A stretch of 50,659 nucleotides of DNA from a virus (taxonomy: Duplodnaviria; Caudoviricetes), in IMG/VR virus record IMGVR_UViG_3300020144_000015, positions 1-50,659 of that record, one strand, 5' to 3'. The notes beneath the pieces are model-generated. The model searched no databases and was not told where the DNA came from. It worked only from the letters and a program-made list of their open reading frames with translations. Positions 26,509 through 34,040 of the stretch are shown in pieces; the stretch's first letter is position 1, and the number at the start of each line of letters is the position of its first letter. The translations under genes and the position numbers were made by a program.

Positions 26509-26895
26509 ATGCGCATCCGCTTTCTCTCCGACCAGATTTACGAAACTGGCGGGCCCGGCAAGGGTCCGTCCTTCGCCGCAGGCTCCACCCTCGATGAGGC
26601 TGGCGTCGCCATGGCGCTTGGCCTTCGTTCGGAGCCTTCGCCGCAATGGATTGAGGGTTTCCTCAACAGGTGGCTGCAGCGCGGGGTGGCGGTGGACGCC
26701 GATGCATTTGCCGAAACGCCGCACCTCGCCAAGGATACGCAGCAGGATGACAAGAAGGTCGATCTCACTGGCCTGACGCGTCCCGAACTGGATGCGCTTG
26801 CGGCCGAGCGGGGCGTTGATATCTCCGAGGCCAAAAACAAGGCCGATGTCATCGCCGCCCTGGAATTGGCCGCAGAGTCCAGCCAGTCCGAATAA
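26509..26895 (+). CDS. Hypothetical head protein with C-terminal HeH/SAP-like motif
   Basis: LTRPELDALAAERGVDISEAKNKADVIAALE. Confidence 0.65.
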   Translation: MRIRFLSDQIYETGGPGKGPSFAAGSTLDEAGVAMALGLRSEPSPQWIEGFLNRWLQRGVAVDADAFAETPHLAKDTQQDDKKVDLTGLTRPELDALAAERGVDISEAKNKADVIAALELAAESSQSE

Positions 26896-26914
26896 GATAC
26901 CGATCGAGGTCGAC

Positions 26915-27517
26915 ATGAACGTGATCCGGACTGCCGGCCCCGATCCCATCGTCACGCCCGCGGGCGTGCCGGGGAACCACTCGGCCAGCGATGCTGGCAT
27001 CGCTGCGCTGATTGCGGCGGTGCAGGCGGGCATTGATGGGCCGACCGGATGGCTCGGGCGGTCATTGGGCAAACAGGAGCTGGAGCTGACGCTGGAACGC
27101 TTCAGCCGGATTGTGCGGCTGCCTTATGAGCCGGTGCGGGAGATCGTCAGCATCACCTATCTCGATGAGGAAGGTGAGGAACAGAGTGTAGACGAGGCCG
27201 CCTATCGGCTGGCGGCGGGAAACCGATGCCAGTTCGGAACCGGTTTTGCATTTCCCCGAACCGCTTGCGCACCCGATGCGGTGACGATCCGCTACAAGTC
27301 CGGATATGAGCCGGGCCAGGTGCCCGCCAGTGCCAAGCAGGCCGTCATCATCGGCGTTCAGCAGATCAAGGCCATGAGCGAGCAGAGCCTGTTCCTGCGC
27401 GAAGAGCAGGTGGAGGGCGTCGGCCAGACGGTCTACACAGTTTCGGACGCGACCATGACAGCGGTGAAAGCGGCCACCGACATGCTGTTGCAGCCCTTGA
27501 GGGTGTATTGGCTGTGA
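26915..27517 (+). CDS. Head-tail adaptor (gp6-like)
   Basis: LP..PV..I.SITY.D..G..Q, AVTIRY.SGY, VP...KQA. Confidence 0.8.
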   Translation: MNVIRTAGPDPIVTPAGVPGNHSASDAGIAALIAAVQAGIDGPTGWLGRSLGKQELELTLERFSRIVRLPYEPVREIVSITYLDEEGEEQSVDEAAYRLAAGNRCQFGTGFAFPRTACAPDAVTIRYKSGYEPGQVPASAKQAVIIGVQQIKAMSEQSLFLREEQVEGVGQTVYTVSDATMTAVKAATDMLLQPLRVYWL

Positions 27518-27828
27518 CGCCGGCCCAGGCCATTGCCATGCTCGACCGGCAGATCGTGCGGCACGGGCAGGATATCACTCTTCGCCGCGGCGCCGCCGAG
27601 CAGGACGCTCGCGGCTTCGTGCGGGGATATAGGCCAGAGCAGCTTATTGGCCTCATCACTCAGCATGACCGCATGGTTGTGGTCTCGCCCTCTTCGCTGG
27701 GCGGGTATGCGCCGCGCGAGCAGGATGATTTCAAGTCGATGGGGCGTTTCGGCAAGGTCATGTCCGCCGAGCCGATCCACATGGATGGCGTGGTGGTGCG
27801 CTGGAACCTCAGGGTGGCGCTGACATGA
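27514..27828 (+). CDS. Head closure protein (putative)
   Basis: Position and size; GTGA overlap. Confidence 0.6.
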   Translation: MTPAQAIAMLDRQIVRHGQDITLRRGAAEQDARGFVRGYRPEQLIGLITQHDRMVVVSPSSLGGYAPREQDDFKSMGRFGKVMSAEPIHMDGVVVRWNLRVALT

Positions 27829-28451
27829 CCAGCAACAGGCAGTTGTTCGTGCAGGCGGCGCTCGAGACGCGCGAGGAGACGCAGAAGGCGCTCGTGGCGC
27901 TGGCCAGGCAGGAGCATGGCCGCGTGATGCACACCGAGCCCCGGCCGAGCCGGTTCATGCGGTTTGTGGATGGGGTCCAGGGCGCGCCCGAGGAAAAGGT
28001 GCGGGCAGATGGGCAGATCGAATACCGCTATCCGCGCCTCGACGAGGTTGTGACGGCAGCGATGGACCTGCTGTTCGATCTCTCGCCGGTGCTTTCCGGC
28101 GCCTATCGCATGGGGCACACGCTGTTTGTCGATGGCGTGTCCGCGCGCGATCTCAGCAGGTGGGACGGGCAAGGACGGGTGATGATCTCCAATTTCGTGC
28201 CCTATGCCCGCAAGATCGAGCTGGGCAAAATGGTGATGCGGGTGCCCGGCTCGGACCATGTCTATGAACAGGCCGAATATCTGCTCAAGCGGCGGTTCGG
28301 AAACCAGGCGCGCATCACGTTTACCTTCGAAGGCATCGCCGGCGGTACGGTCGCCGAAGGATACACGGCGGGACGCAGGGGGCGTGGCGCCGGCCTGCTC
28401 AAGAACCAGTCGAATTTGCGCTATCCGGCGCTGCTCATCGAGGAGCGCTGA
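27825..28451 (+). CDS. Neck/tail completion protein (HK97 gp10-like)
   Basis: SPVLSGAYR, N.VPYARKIELG. Confidence 0.7.
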   Translation: MTSNRQLFVQAALETREETQKALVALARQEHGRVMHTEPRPSRFMRFVDGVQGAPEEKVRADGQIEYRYPRLDEVVTAAMDLLFDLSPVLSGAYRMGHTLFVDGVSARDLSRWDGQGRVMISNFVPYARKIELGKMVMRVPGSDHVYEQAEYLLKRRFGNQARITFTFEGIAGGTVAEGYTAGRRGRGAGLLKNQSNLRYPALLIEER

Positions 28452-28452
28452 G

Positions 28453-28923
28453 ATGGGCAGCTACAGGGCGGCGAAGGCAGCGGTGCGGGCGCATCTGGCC
28501 GCGAATTGGTCCACCACCCGGATTGTTTATCAGAACGAGGTGCCTGCCGATCCATGGCCGCCCGTCCGTGCTGGTGAATGGCTGGACGCCTTTGCCTATT
28601 TCGAGATGCGCACCCTGCCGGGGCAGCGTATTCGCGGTGTGGGCCTGCCTGGGTCTCATCTGAGCCAGACCGATGGTTTCATCTATGTCCATGTCTTCGT
28701 GCCGGCCGGCACGGGCGAAGACATGGCAACGCAATATGCCGATGAGATCGGCGAGCTGTTCCGGACGAAGAAACTCTACGAAGCGGACGGGTGCTATCTG
28801 CGCAGCTGGGTGCCGCGCGTCGATGAGGGCGGCGAGGCCGGCGCCGAGATCGCCGGCGTCCATGCCGGCAACTGGTTCCACGTCACCATGTCGGTGCCGT
28901 TCCAATATTTCCACCAGGGCTGA
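28453..28923 (+). CDS. Tail terminator-like protein
   Basis: G.IYVHVFVPAGTG.....YAD motif; position; AGGAG RBS. Confidence 0.7.
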   Translation: MGSYRAAKAAVRAHLAANWSTTRIVYQNEVPADPWPPVRAGEWLDAFAYFEMRTLPGQRIRGVGLPGSHLSQTDGFIYVHVFVPAGTGEDMATQYADEIGELFRTKKLYEADGCYLRSWVPRVDEGGEAGAEIAGVHAGNWFHVTMSVPFQYFHQG

Positions 28924-28957
28924 ACGCCCTTCCTGACATCGTTGAAAGGACCGAGCC

Positions 28958-30145
28958 ATGGCATATCAGTCGGGGCGCAATATCCGCGTGGCCTTTAAGG
29001 CGCAACCGGACAGGGATGCGCTGCCGGGCGCAGCGGACGCCAAGGTGTTCCGCATCAATTCGGGCGGGCTCAATCTCGCCAAGGAACCGATCCAGAGCGG
29101 CGAGCTGCGCGCGGACGGCATGTCGACGCGCGGCCGGCACGGCACGCGCTCGGTGACCGGCAATTACCTGGCCGACCTCAGTGTCGGCACGTTCGATCCG
29201 CTGATCGAGGCGGCGTTCCGGGGCACGTTCAGTCCGGCGCTGGTGCTGGATGGCGATGATTTCACCTCGATCACCACGACCGCGCATGAGATCGTGCTGA
29301 CCTCGGGCGATCCGATCGCGCTGGGGCTGCGCATCGGCGAGATCATCCGCCTCACCGGCGCCGCCACGGTGGCCAACACTAATCGCAATCTTCGCATCCT
29401 CGACCTCGACGCGACCACGATCACGGTGGCGGAGACGCTAACGGTCGACGCTGTCGCCGATGCCGATGCGACGATCACCCGGCCCAAGAAACTGGTGCAG
29501 GGCACAGTGGCCCGGGCTTTTGCCTTCGAGGAATACGAGGCCGATATCGACGGAACCGAGCTGTTCGAATATTGCCGGGTCGGCTCGCTTCAGGTGCAGC
29601 TCCAGCCCAATGGCATGACGACGCTGAATTTCGGCATTGTCGGCCGCGACATGCAGGTGATGGACGCGGCCAATGCGCCCTATTTCATCAATCCGACCAA
29701 GACCACGACCATCGGCCTCACCGCCGTCGAGGCCAAGATCATGCTGGGCGATGAAGAGGTGATGGACGTTTCGGCTATCGACTTCACCCTGGACCTGCGC
29801 GCCTCGGGCGTGCCGGTGGTGGGGTCGAACCTCACGCCCGAGGTGTTCACCAATACGGCGCAGGTGAGCCTTTCGGTGACGGCGCTGAAAAAGGACGTGG
29901 AGCGGGCCCGGCAATATCTCAACGAGGACGAGCTGAGCCTGCATCTGCTGTTCGAGGAGAATGAGACCGGCGCCGCCGATTTTGTCGCCTTCCATATCCC
30001 GAACCTGACGCTGGCCAGCGCCAGCAAGAGCGAAATGGGCCAGGACAATGCCCGCACGCAGACGTTCACCTGCCTGGTGGGCGCGGATGAGCGGGGCGGC
30101 GCCTATGAGCCAACCATGGTGAAGTTTCAAACGAGCGCGCCCTGA
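28958..30145 (+). CDS. Major tail (tube) protein
   Basis: SGELRADG...RHGTRSVTG; 395 aa; position. Confidence 0.85.
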   Translation: MAYQSGRNIRVAFKAQPDRDALPGAADAKVFRINSGGLNLAKEPIQSGELRADGMSTRGRHGTRSVTGNYLADLSVGTFDPLIEAAFRGTFSPALVLDGDDFTSITTTAHEIVLTSGDPIALGLRIGEIIRLTGAATVANTNRNLRILDLDATTITVAETLTVDAVADADATITRPKKLVQGTVARAFAFEEYEADIDGTELFEYCRVGSLQVQLQPNGMTTLNFGIVGRDMQVMDAANAPYFINPTKTTTIGLTAVEAKIMLGDEEVMDVSAIDFTLDLRASGVPVVGSNLTPEVFTNTAQVSLSVTALKKDVERARQYLNEDELSLHLLFEENETGAADFVAFHIPNLTLASASKSEMGQDNARTQTFTCLVGADERGGAYEPTMVKFQTSAP

Positions 30146-30154
30146 TTGCGTCGG

Positions 30155-30346
30155 TTAAACCGACACAATAACCGCCAAGACCTCACGCTTTTGGGAGGGT
30201 TCGTCGGGGCTGCTATATGTAAAACATACAGCAGCCTTTTCATTGTCATCGAGGGCGGAAACTGCCCTGCCGACACCGTTTGAGCTGGTGTGAGTTAAAC
30301 TCACCGCAGCTTTTTCATCGTCCAGGGGTGTAAGTTGAACTTGCAC
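30155..30346 (-). CDS. Small hypothetical protein with internal duplication
   Basis: LDDEKAAVSLTHTSS / LDDNEKAAVCFTYSS; follows 30350-30808. Confidence 0.45.
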   Translation of the reverse strand: MQVQLTPLDDEKAAVSLTHTSSNGVGRAVSALDDNEKAAVCFTYSSPDEPSQKREVLAVIVSV

Positions 30347-30349
30347 CCT

Positions 30350-30808
30350 TCAATCATCCTCGGGCGGGGGATCGCCGGGGAGGGAGGCGCGGGTGAAGTC
30401 CTTCATGCGGCTGCGCAGGTCGCGCACCTGGGCGAGCGCTTCCTCCATGTCGGGGTTTTGCTTCATGGGCAGGTTTTCCGCATCGAGCAGAAGAGAGAGC
30501 CGGAAGAGCTGATCGATCGGCTTGCCCAGAGCCTCGATCTGATCGGCCACTTCGGCGGACATGGCGTCGGGATGGTCCTTCATGGTCGAATAGAGACCGT
30601 AATAGGCCAGGAAGCTGTCGCGCACGATCTCGGCGAGCTTGGTTTCGCGGTCTGCCAGCGCGAGGCCGATTTGGCAGAGGCGTCGAATAGCCTCCCCTCT
30701 GGTTCGAATTCGATTTTGGAAGCCCCATTCATCGATTGCTGCCACCTCCGATGGTGCCATCAGAAGGTGTTGATGATGGGTTTTGGTCTCGCGCGGTAGG
30801 CTTGTCAT
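30350..30808 (-). CDS. Ribbon-helix-helix-type regulator with C-terminal extension
   Basis: HLLMAPSEVAAIDEWGFQNRIRTRGEAIRRLCQIGL; start uncertain. Confidence 0.75.
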   Translation of the reverse strand: MTSLPRETKTHHQHLLMAPSEVAAIDEWGFQNRIRTRGEAIRRLCQIGLALADRETKLAEIVRDSFLAYYGLYSTMKDHPDAMSAEVADQIEALGKPIDQLFRLSLLLDAENLPMKQNPDMEEALAQVRDLRSRMKDFTRASLPGDPPPEDD

Positions 30809-30842
30809 GCCTTGCTTATGGCGAACATGTTCGACCCCAACA

Positions 30843-30918
30843 ATATGTTTATATGCACTTGACACGCGCGCCACAGTGGGCGCAATTTGCACCTATATGT
30901 TGGATATAAACATATAGG
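30843..30918. promoter_or_regulatory. Divergent promoter/operator region
   Basis: Inverted repeats ATATGTTTATAT (30843-30854 / 30904-30915) and CCTATATGTT-N7-AACATATAGG (30892-30918); TTGACA at 30859. Confidence 0.7.
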
Positions 30919-30927
30919 AGAATTTGA

Positions 30928-31116
30928 GTGGCAAAGGAGCGTGAATGCAGGATGCACATCATGCTGTCCCGTGAGGAACTGGAGAGCATCGATGATTGGC
31001 GCTTCGCGAGTCGAGTGCCGACCCGAGCAAAGGCGGTGCGACTGCTTGTCGAAAAAGGATTGGAGGCTTCGGCGTCAGCCAAGGCGTCCGAAGCATCGGC
31101 GGGTCATCAGGTTTAG
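30928..31116 (+). CDS. Small ribbon-helix-helix-type regulator (Arc-like role)
   Basis: HIMLSREELESIDDWRFASRVPTRAKAVRLLVEKGL, a paralog of the divergent gene; AGGAG RBS. Confidence 0.78.
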   Translation: MAKERECRMHIMLSREELESIDDWRFASRVPTRAKAVRLLVEKGLEASASAKASEASAGHQV

Positions 31117-31196
31117 TCGCCAGACCCGCCGATGTCGGAATAGGCAGCCCTGCAAGGCCGCCACATCATCAACCCACGGTTTACGAGGAACCGCAG

Positions 31197-31472
31197 ATGA
31201 CGAAGAGAGAAACTATCACACGCCGCGCCGCTTTGACAGGGCTTGCTGCCCTGCCGATGGCGGCGCTTCCCCTGGCGGCCGACGCATCGGGCAGCGCGCT
31301 GCCGGCCGACCCCGACGAGACGTTTCGGAAGGCGCTGGCGGATTTCAAGCAGGCGGTGCGCGACCGCTGGCCGGAACATCGGCTCACCTTCTCTTCCTCA
31401 TGGGATCAGGACGGCGACCGCTTCCTGTTCAGCGGCATCATGGTGGTCGAAGTGTTTCGGGTGGCAGCATGA
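31197..31472 (+). CDS. Hypothetical protein with twin-arginine-like N-terminus
   Basis: TRRAALTGLAALPMAALPLAADA; GAGGA RBS. Confidence 0.6.
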   Translation: MTKRETITRRAALTGLAALPMAALPLAADASGSALPADPDETFRKALADFKQAVRDRWPEHRLTFSSSWDQDGDRFLFSGIMVVEVFRVAA

Positions 31473-31858
31473 GCGCGACCATGACCGATATCGAGCCGCT
31501 GGTGACGGTTATCAATGGCCGGGCGATGGTGAGCAGCATGGATGTGGCGCGCCGCTTCGGTAAGCTGCACAAGGATGTGCTTCGCTCCATCGATAAGCTC
31601 TTGAAAGAAGAGCCAAAATTACGTGGGCGCAATTTTGCGCCTACGTTCATCGAGCATGCTGGACCCAACGGTGCCGTGCGCCAGGAACGGGCCTATAACA
31701 TGGACCGCGATGGTTTCATTGTGCTCCGCTCCATCGATAAGCTCTTGAAAGAAGATCCAAAATTACATGGGCGCAATTTTGCGCCCATGTTCATGGATGT
31801 TGTCGTCGGCAACGGCGCCGTGCGCCAGGAACGGTATGCGATGGGAGAGGCAGCATGA
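31469..31858 (+). CDS. Truncated Rha-family protein with internal duplication
   Basis: SSMDVARRFGKLHKDVLRSI...Y.MDRDGF, then a second partial copy; lacks the GFTG..A..WK helix. Confidence 0.7.
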   Translation: MSATMTDIEPLVTVINGRAMVSSMDVARRFGKLHKDVLRSIDKLLKEEPKLRGRNFAPTFIEHAGPNGAVRQERAYNMDRDGFIVLRSIDKLLKEDPKLHGRNFAPMFMDVVVGNGAVRQERYAMGEAA

Positions 31859-32748
31859 GCGAGACAATGACCGATATCGAGCCGATGGTGACGGTCGTCA
31901 ATGGCCGGGCGATGGTGAGCAGCGTGGATGTGGCGCGGCGCTTCGGAAAGCTGCACAAAAACGTACTGCGATCGGTTGATAACCTCTTGAAAGAAGAGCC
32001 AAAATTGTATGGGCTCAATTTTGAGCCCATACAATCGGATATCGATCTAGGGATGGGACGGGTTCGACAAGAGCGGGCCTATTACATGGACCGCGACGGC
32101 TTCATGCTGCTGGCGATGGGGTTCACCGGGCGGGAGGCGCTGCGCTGGAAGCTGAAATTCATCGAGGCGTTCAATCTGATGGAAGCGCGACTGCATGCGC
32201 TGGACGATGATGACATGGATTTCCTGCCGGTGGCGGCGGATCGCAGGCTGTGGAATGTCGGCACGGCCAAGGTGAACGCGGCGGCGCGGATGATCGCCGT
32301 GGTAAACCGCATCTATGGACCGGAAGGGGCCAGGCGGCTTTATGAACTCGAGCCGGGCCTGCCGCCGATGAAGGGAGTGTCGGTTGGCGAAATGAGCGGT
32401 TCGCCGACCGACGATCCGCGCGGCTGCCTGAAACACCTGCTGCGGTGCAATAGCGGCAAGGCAAGGTCGTTGGCAGACCTGATCCGCGGCGCCCAGACCA
32501 GTGCGGCACTGGCGGCGGAGCTTAATCAATGCGGCATCCTCATCCGGCCGGACGAGGGCGCCGGTTTCATTGCCATTGCCGCGACCAACCGCTTCCTGGC
32601 GCAGGCCTTTGCCGAAACGCAGTGGGACCTTTCCTGGGATGCCGCCCTGGCCCGCTTGCCGGGATGCCGGATGGGGGCGGCGCGGCAGGTCGCCGGAACC
32701 CGCACCAAGGTCGTGTTGGTGCCGAGAGGTTTGCTTGGCTATGGCTGA
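31855..32748 (+). CDS. rha: Rha-family regulator / antirepressor
   Basis: SSVDVARRFGKLHKNVLR, YYMDRDGFMLLAMGFTGREALRWKLKFIEAFNLME. Confidence 0.9.
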   Translation: MSETMTDIEPMVTVVNGRAMVSSVDVARRFGKLHKNVLRSVDNLLKEEPKLYGLNFEPIQSDIDLGMGRVRQERAYYMDRDGFMLLAMGFTGREALRWKLKFIEAFNLMEARLHALDDDDMDFLPVAADRRLWNVGTAKVNAAARMIAVVNRIYGPEGARRLYELEPGLPPMKGVSVGEMSGSPTDDPRGCLKHLLRCNSGKARSLADLIRGAQTSAALAAELNQCGILIRPDEGAGFIAIAATNRFLAQAFAETQWDLSWDAALARLPGCRMGAARQVAGTRTKVVLVPRGLLGYG

Positions 32749-32762
32749 ACATTGAATGGAGG

Positions 32763-33161
32763 TCAGCGGCTGACAACGGGTCGCACCAAGCCAAGGGCAT
32801 CGGCGCAACCCGCCATATTAAATAGTGTCCAAGTTAAAAGGTCACTCTCAAATTCCGGTCGATACCTGTAGTCCAGAGGATCGGTCAGAACGAAGAACGG
32901 CGCGAAGGGGTCATATCCGCCTGCGCTATTCTTGGAATTGACCCAACCGCAAATGAACTGGCCTCCATTACCCGCTGGGCGAAGTATCAGGCCCTTATAT
33001 TGAGCTGATCGAGGGTCGTTAAACTCGCTGCTGACGAGTTTGTGGACTTCATCAAAGCTTATTTGAGCCTCGGCAGGGTAGTTCCCGTCGAGCAGGGTTT
33101 GCGCGCTGACCGCCAGAGGCGCGCCTAGCCCAAAAAGCAGGCAAAACAGAAATCGCAACAT
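32763..33161 (-). CDS. Exported moron protein
   Basis: Signal peptide MLRFLFCLLFGLGAPLAVSA; DP.SAQY and CGWVNSKNSAGGY motifs; lower GC; opposite strand. Confidence 0.75.
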   Translation of the reverse strand: MLRFLFCLLFGLGAPLAVSAQTLLDGNYPAEAQISFDEVHKLVSSEFNDPRSAQYKGLILRPAGNGGQFICGWVNSKNSAGGYDPFAPFFVLTDPLDYRYRPEFESDLLTWTLFNMAGCADALGLVRPVVSR

Positions 33162-33216
33162 CGGTCCTTGTCCTCCCAGTGGTGAGGGCAGGGACTTTAT
33201 TGTCTTTGGAAGGAAA

Positions 33217-33669
33217 ATGACAATGAGCAAGCCCGACGCAACAATCCCCACCTTTACCCTGGCCGAATTCGACGCGGCGGACACCGCCACGATGGAGGTG
33301 CTGATCGGGGGCAAGCCGAGCGGCTGGTTCTGGGAGTTCGCCGGGCCCGGCCACGAAAAAACCGAAGCGCAGAAGGCAAGGGTGGCCCGCGAGCGGCTGC
33401 GCAAGTCGGCGGAAATCGAACGGGCGCAAGTGAATGGGCGCAAATGGAAGCCGGAAGAGGATGCACCGGAGACCGTCGTGGCGCGGAACGTGGCCGACAT
33501 CGTGGAGCGGATCGTGGGCTGGTCGACGGTCGAGATCGACGGCAAGCCTTTCCCCTTCACGCCGCAAAATGCGACCTTCCTTCTGTCCGACCCGAAGCGG
33601 GTGAGCCTGCTCGAGCAGGCCAGCGAATTCCTATGGAATGAGCAGAGTTTTACGGGGCGCTCCGCCTAG
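33217..33669 (+). CDS. Tail assembly chaperone (G-like)
   Basis: 150 aa, IVGW...DG..FPFT..NA; upstream of the tape measure gene. Confidence 0.8.
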   Translation: MTMSKPDATIPTFTLAEFDAADTATMEVLIGGKPSGWFWEFAGPGHEKTEAQKARVARERLRKSAEIERAQVNGRKWKPEEDAPETVVARNVADIVERIVGWSTVEIDGKPFPFTPQNATFLLSDPKRVSLLEQASEFLWNEQSFTGRSA

Positions 33670-34040
33670 CCCTTTTGGGCTTCGCGGAGCGCGAATTCGC
33701 ACTGACGGCCCCGGACGACAAGGGAAACAGTTACCGGGAGCATCTGGAAGGCCAGCTTGCACGGGCGCGGACGGATACGCGCCGCGCCGAAATCGAGGCC
33801 GAGCTGGCGCTGCCGCCCTTTCCAGCAGAGTTGGCCTATTTGTGGCGGACGTTTGTCCGGCTGCGCCGCCACGTCGGAAATAGCGGCTTTGGCCCAGCCC
33901 GGTTGGGATGGGCGGACATCGACGCCTTCAACCGGATGAGCGGCCTGCGGCTGGCGGCGTGGGAAGTCGAGATCATCGAAACACTGGACGATCTGCTGTG
34001 GGACAGCAGGCAGAAGGATATCGGCAATGAGCACGACTGA
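33648..34040 (+). CDS. Tail assembly chaperone extension (T-like, -1 frame)
   Basis: -1 frame open from 33642; P......YLW..F..L...GFG...W.DI.AF...WEVEII..LD motif. Confidence 0.7.
   Translation, partial: FYGALRLALLGFAEREFALTAPDDKGNSYREHLEGQLARARTDTRRAEIEAELALPPFPAELAYLWRTFVRLRRHVGNSGFGPARLGWADIDAFNRMSGLRLAAWEVEIIETLDDLLWDSRQKDIGNEHD

Noticed and set aside
30822-30833. CGAACATGTTCG palindrome as a LexA box
   Set aside because: Matches the Gram-positive-style inverted motif, not the GAAC-N7-GAAC repeat expected for this host; may be an RHH site or chance
31464-32110. Rha repeats as a CRISPR array or second TR/VR pair
   Set aside because: Coding paralogous segments; differences are not adenine-specific and there is no repeat-spacer periodicity
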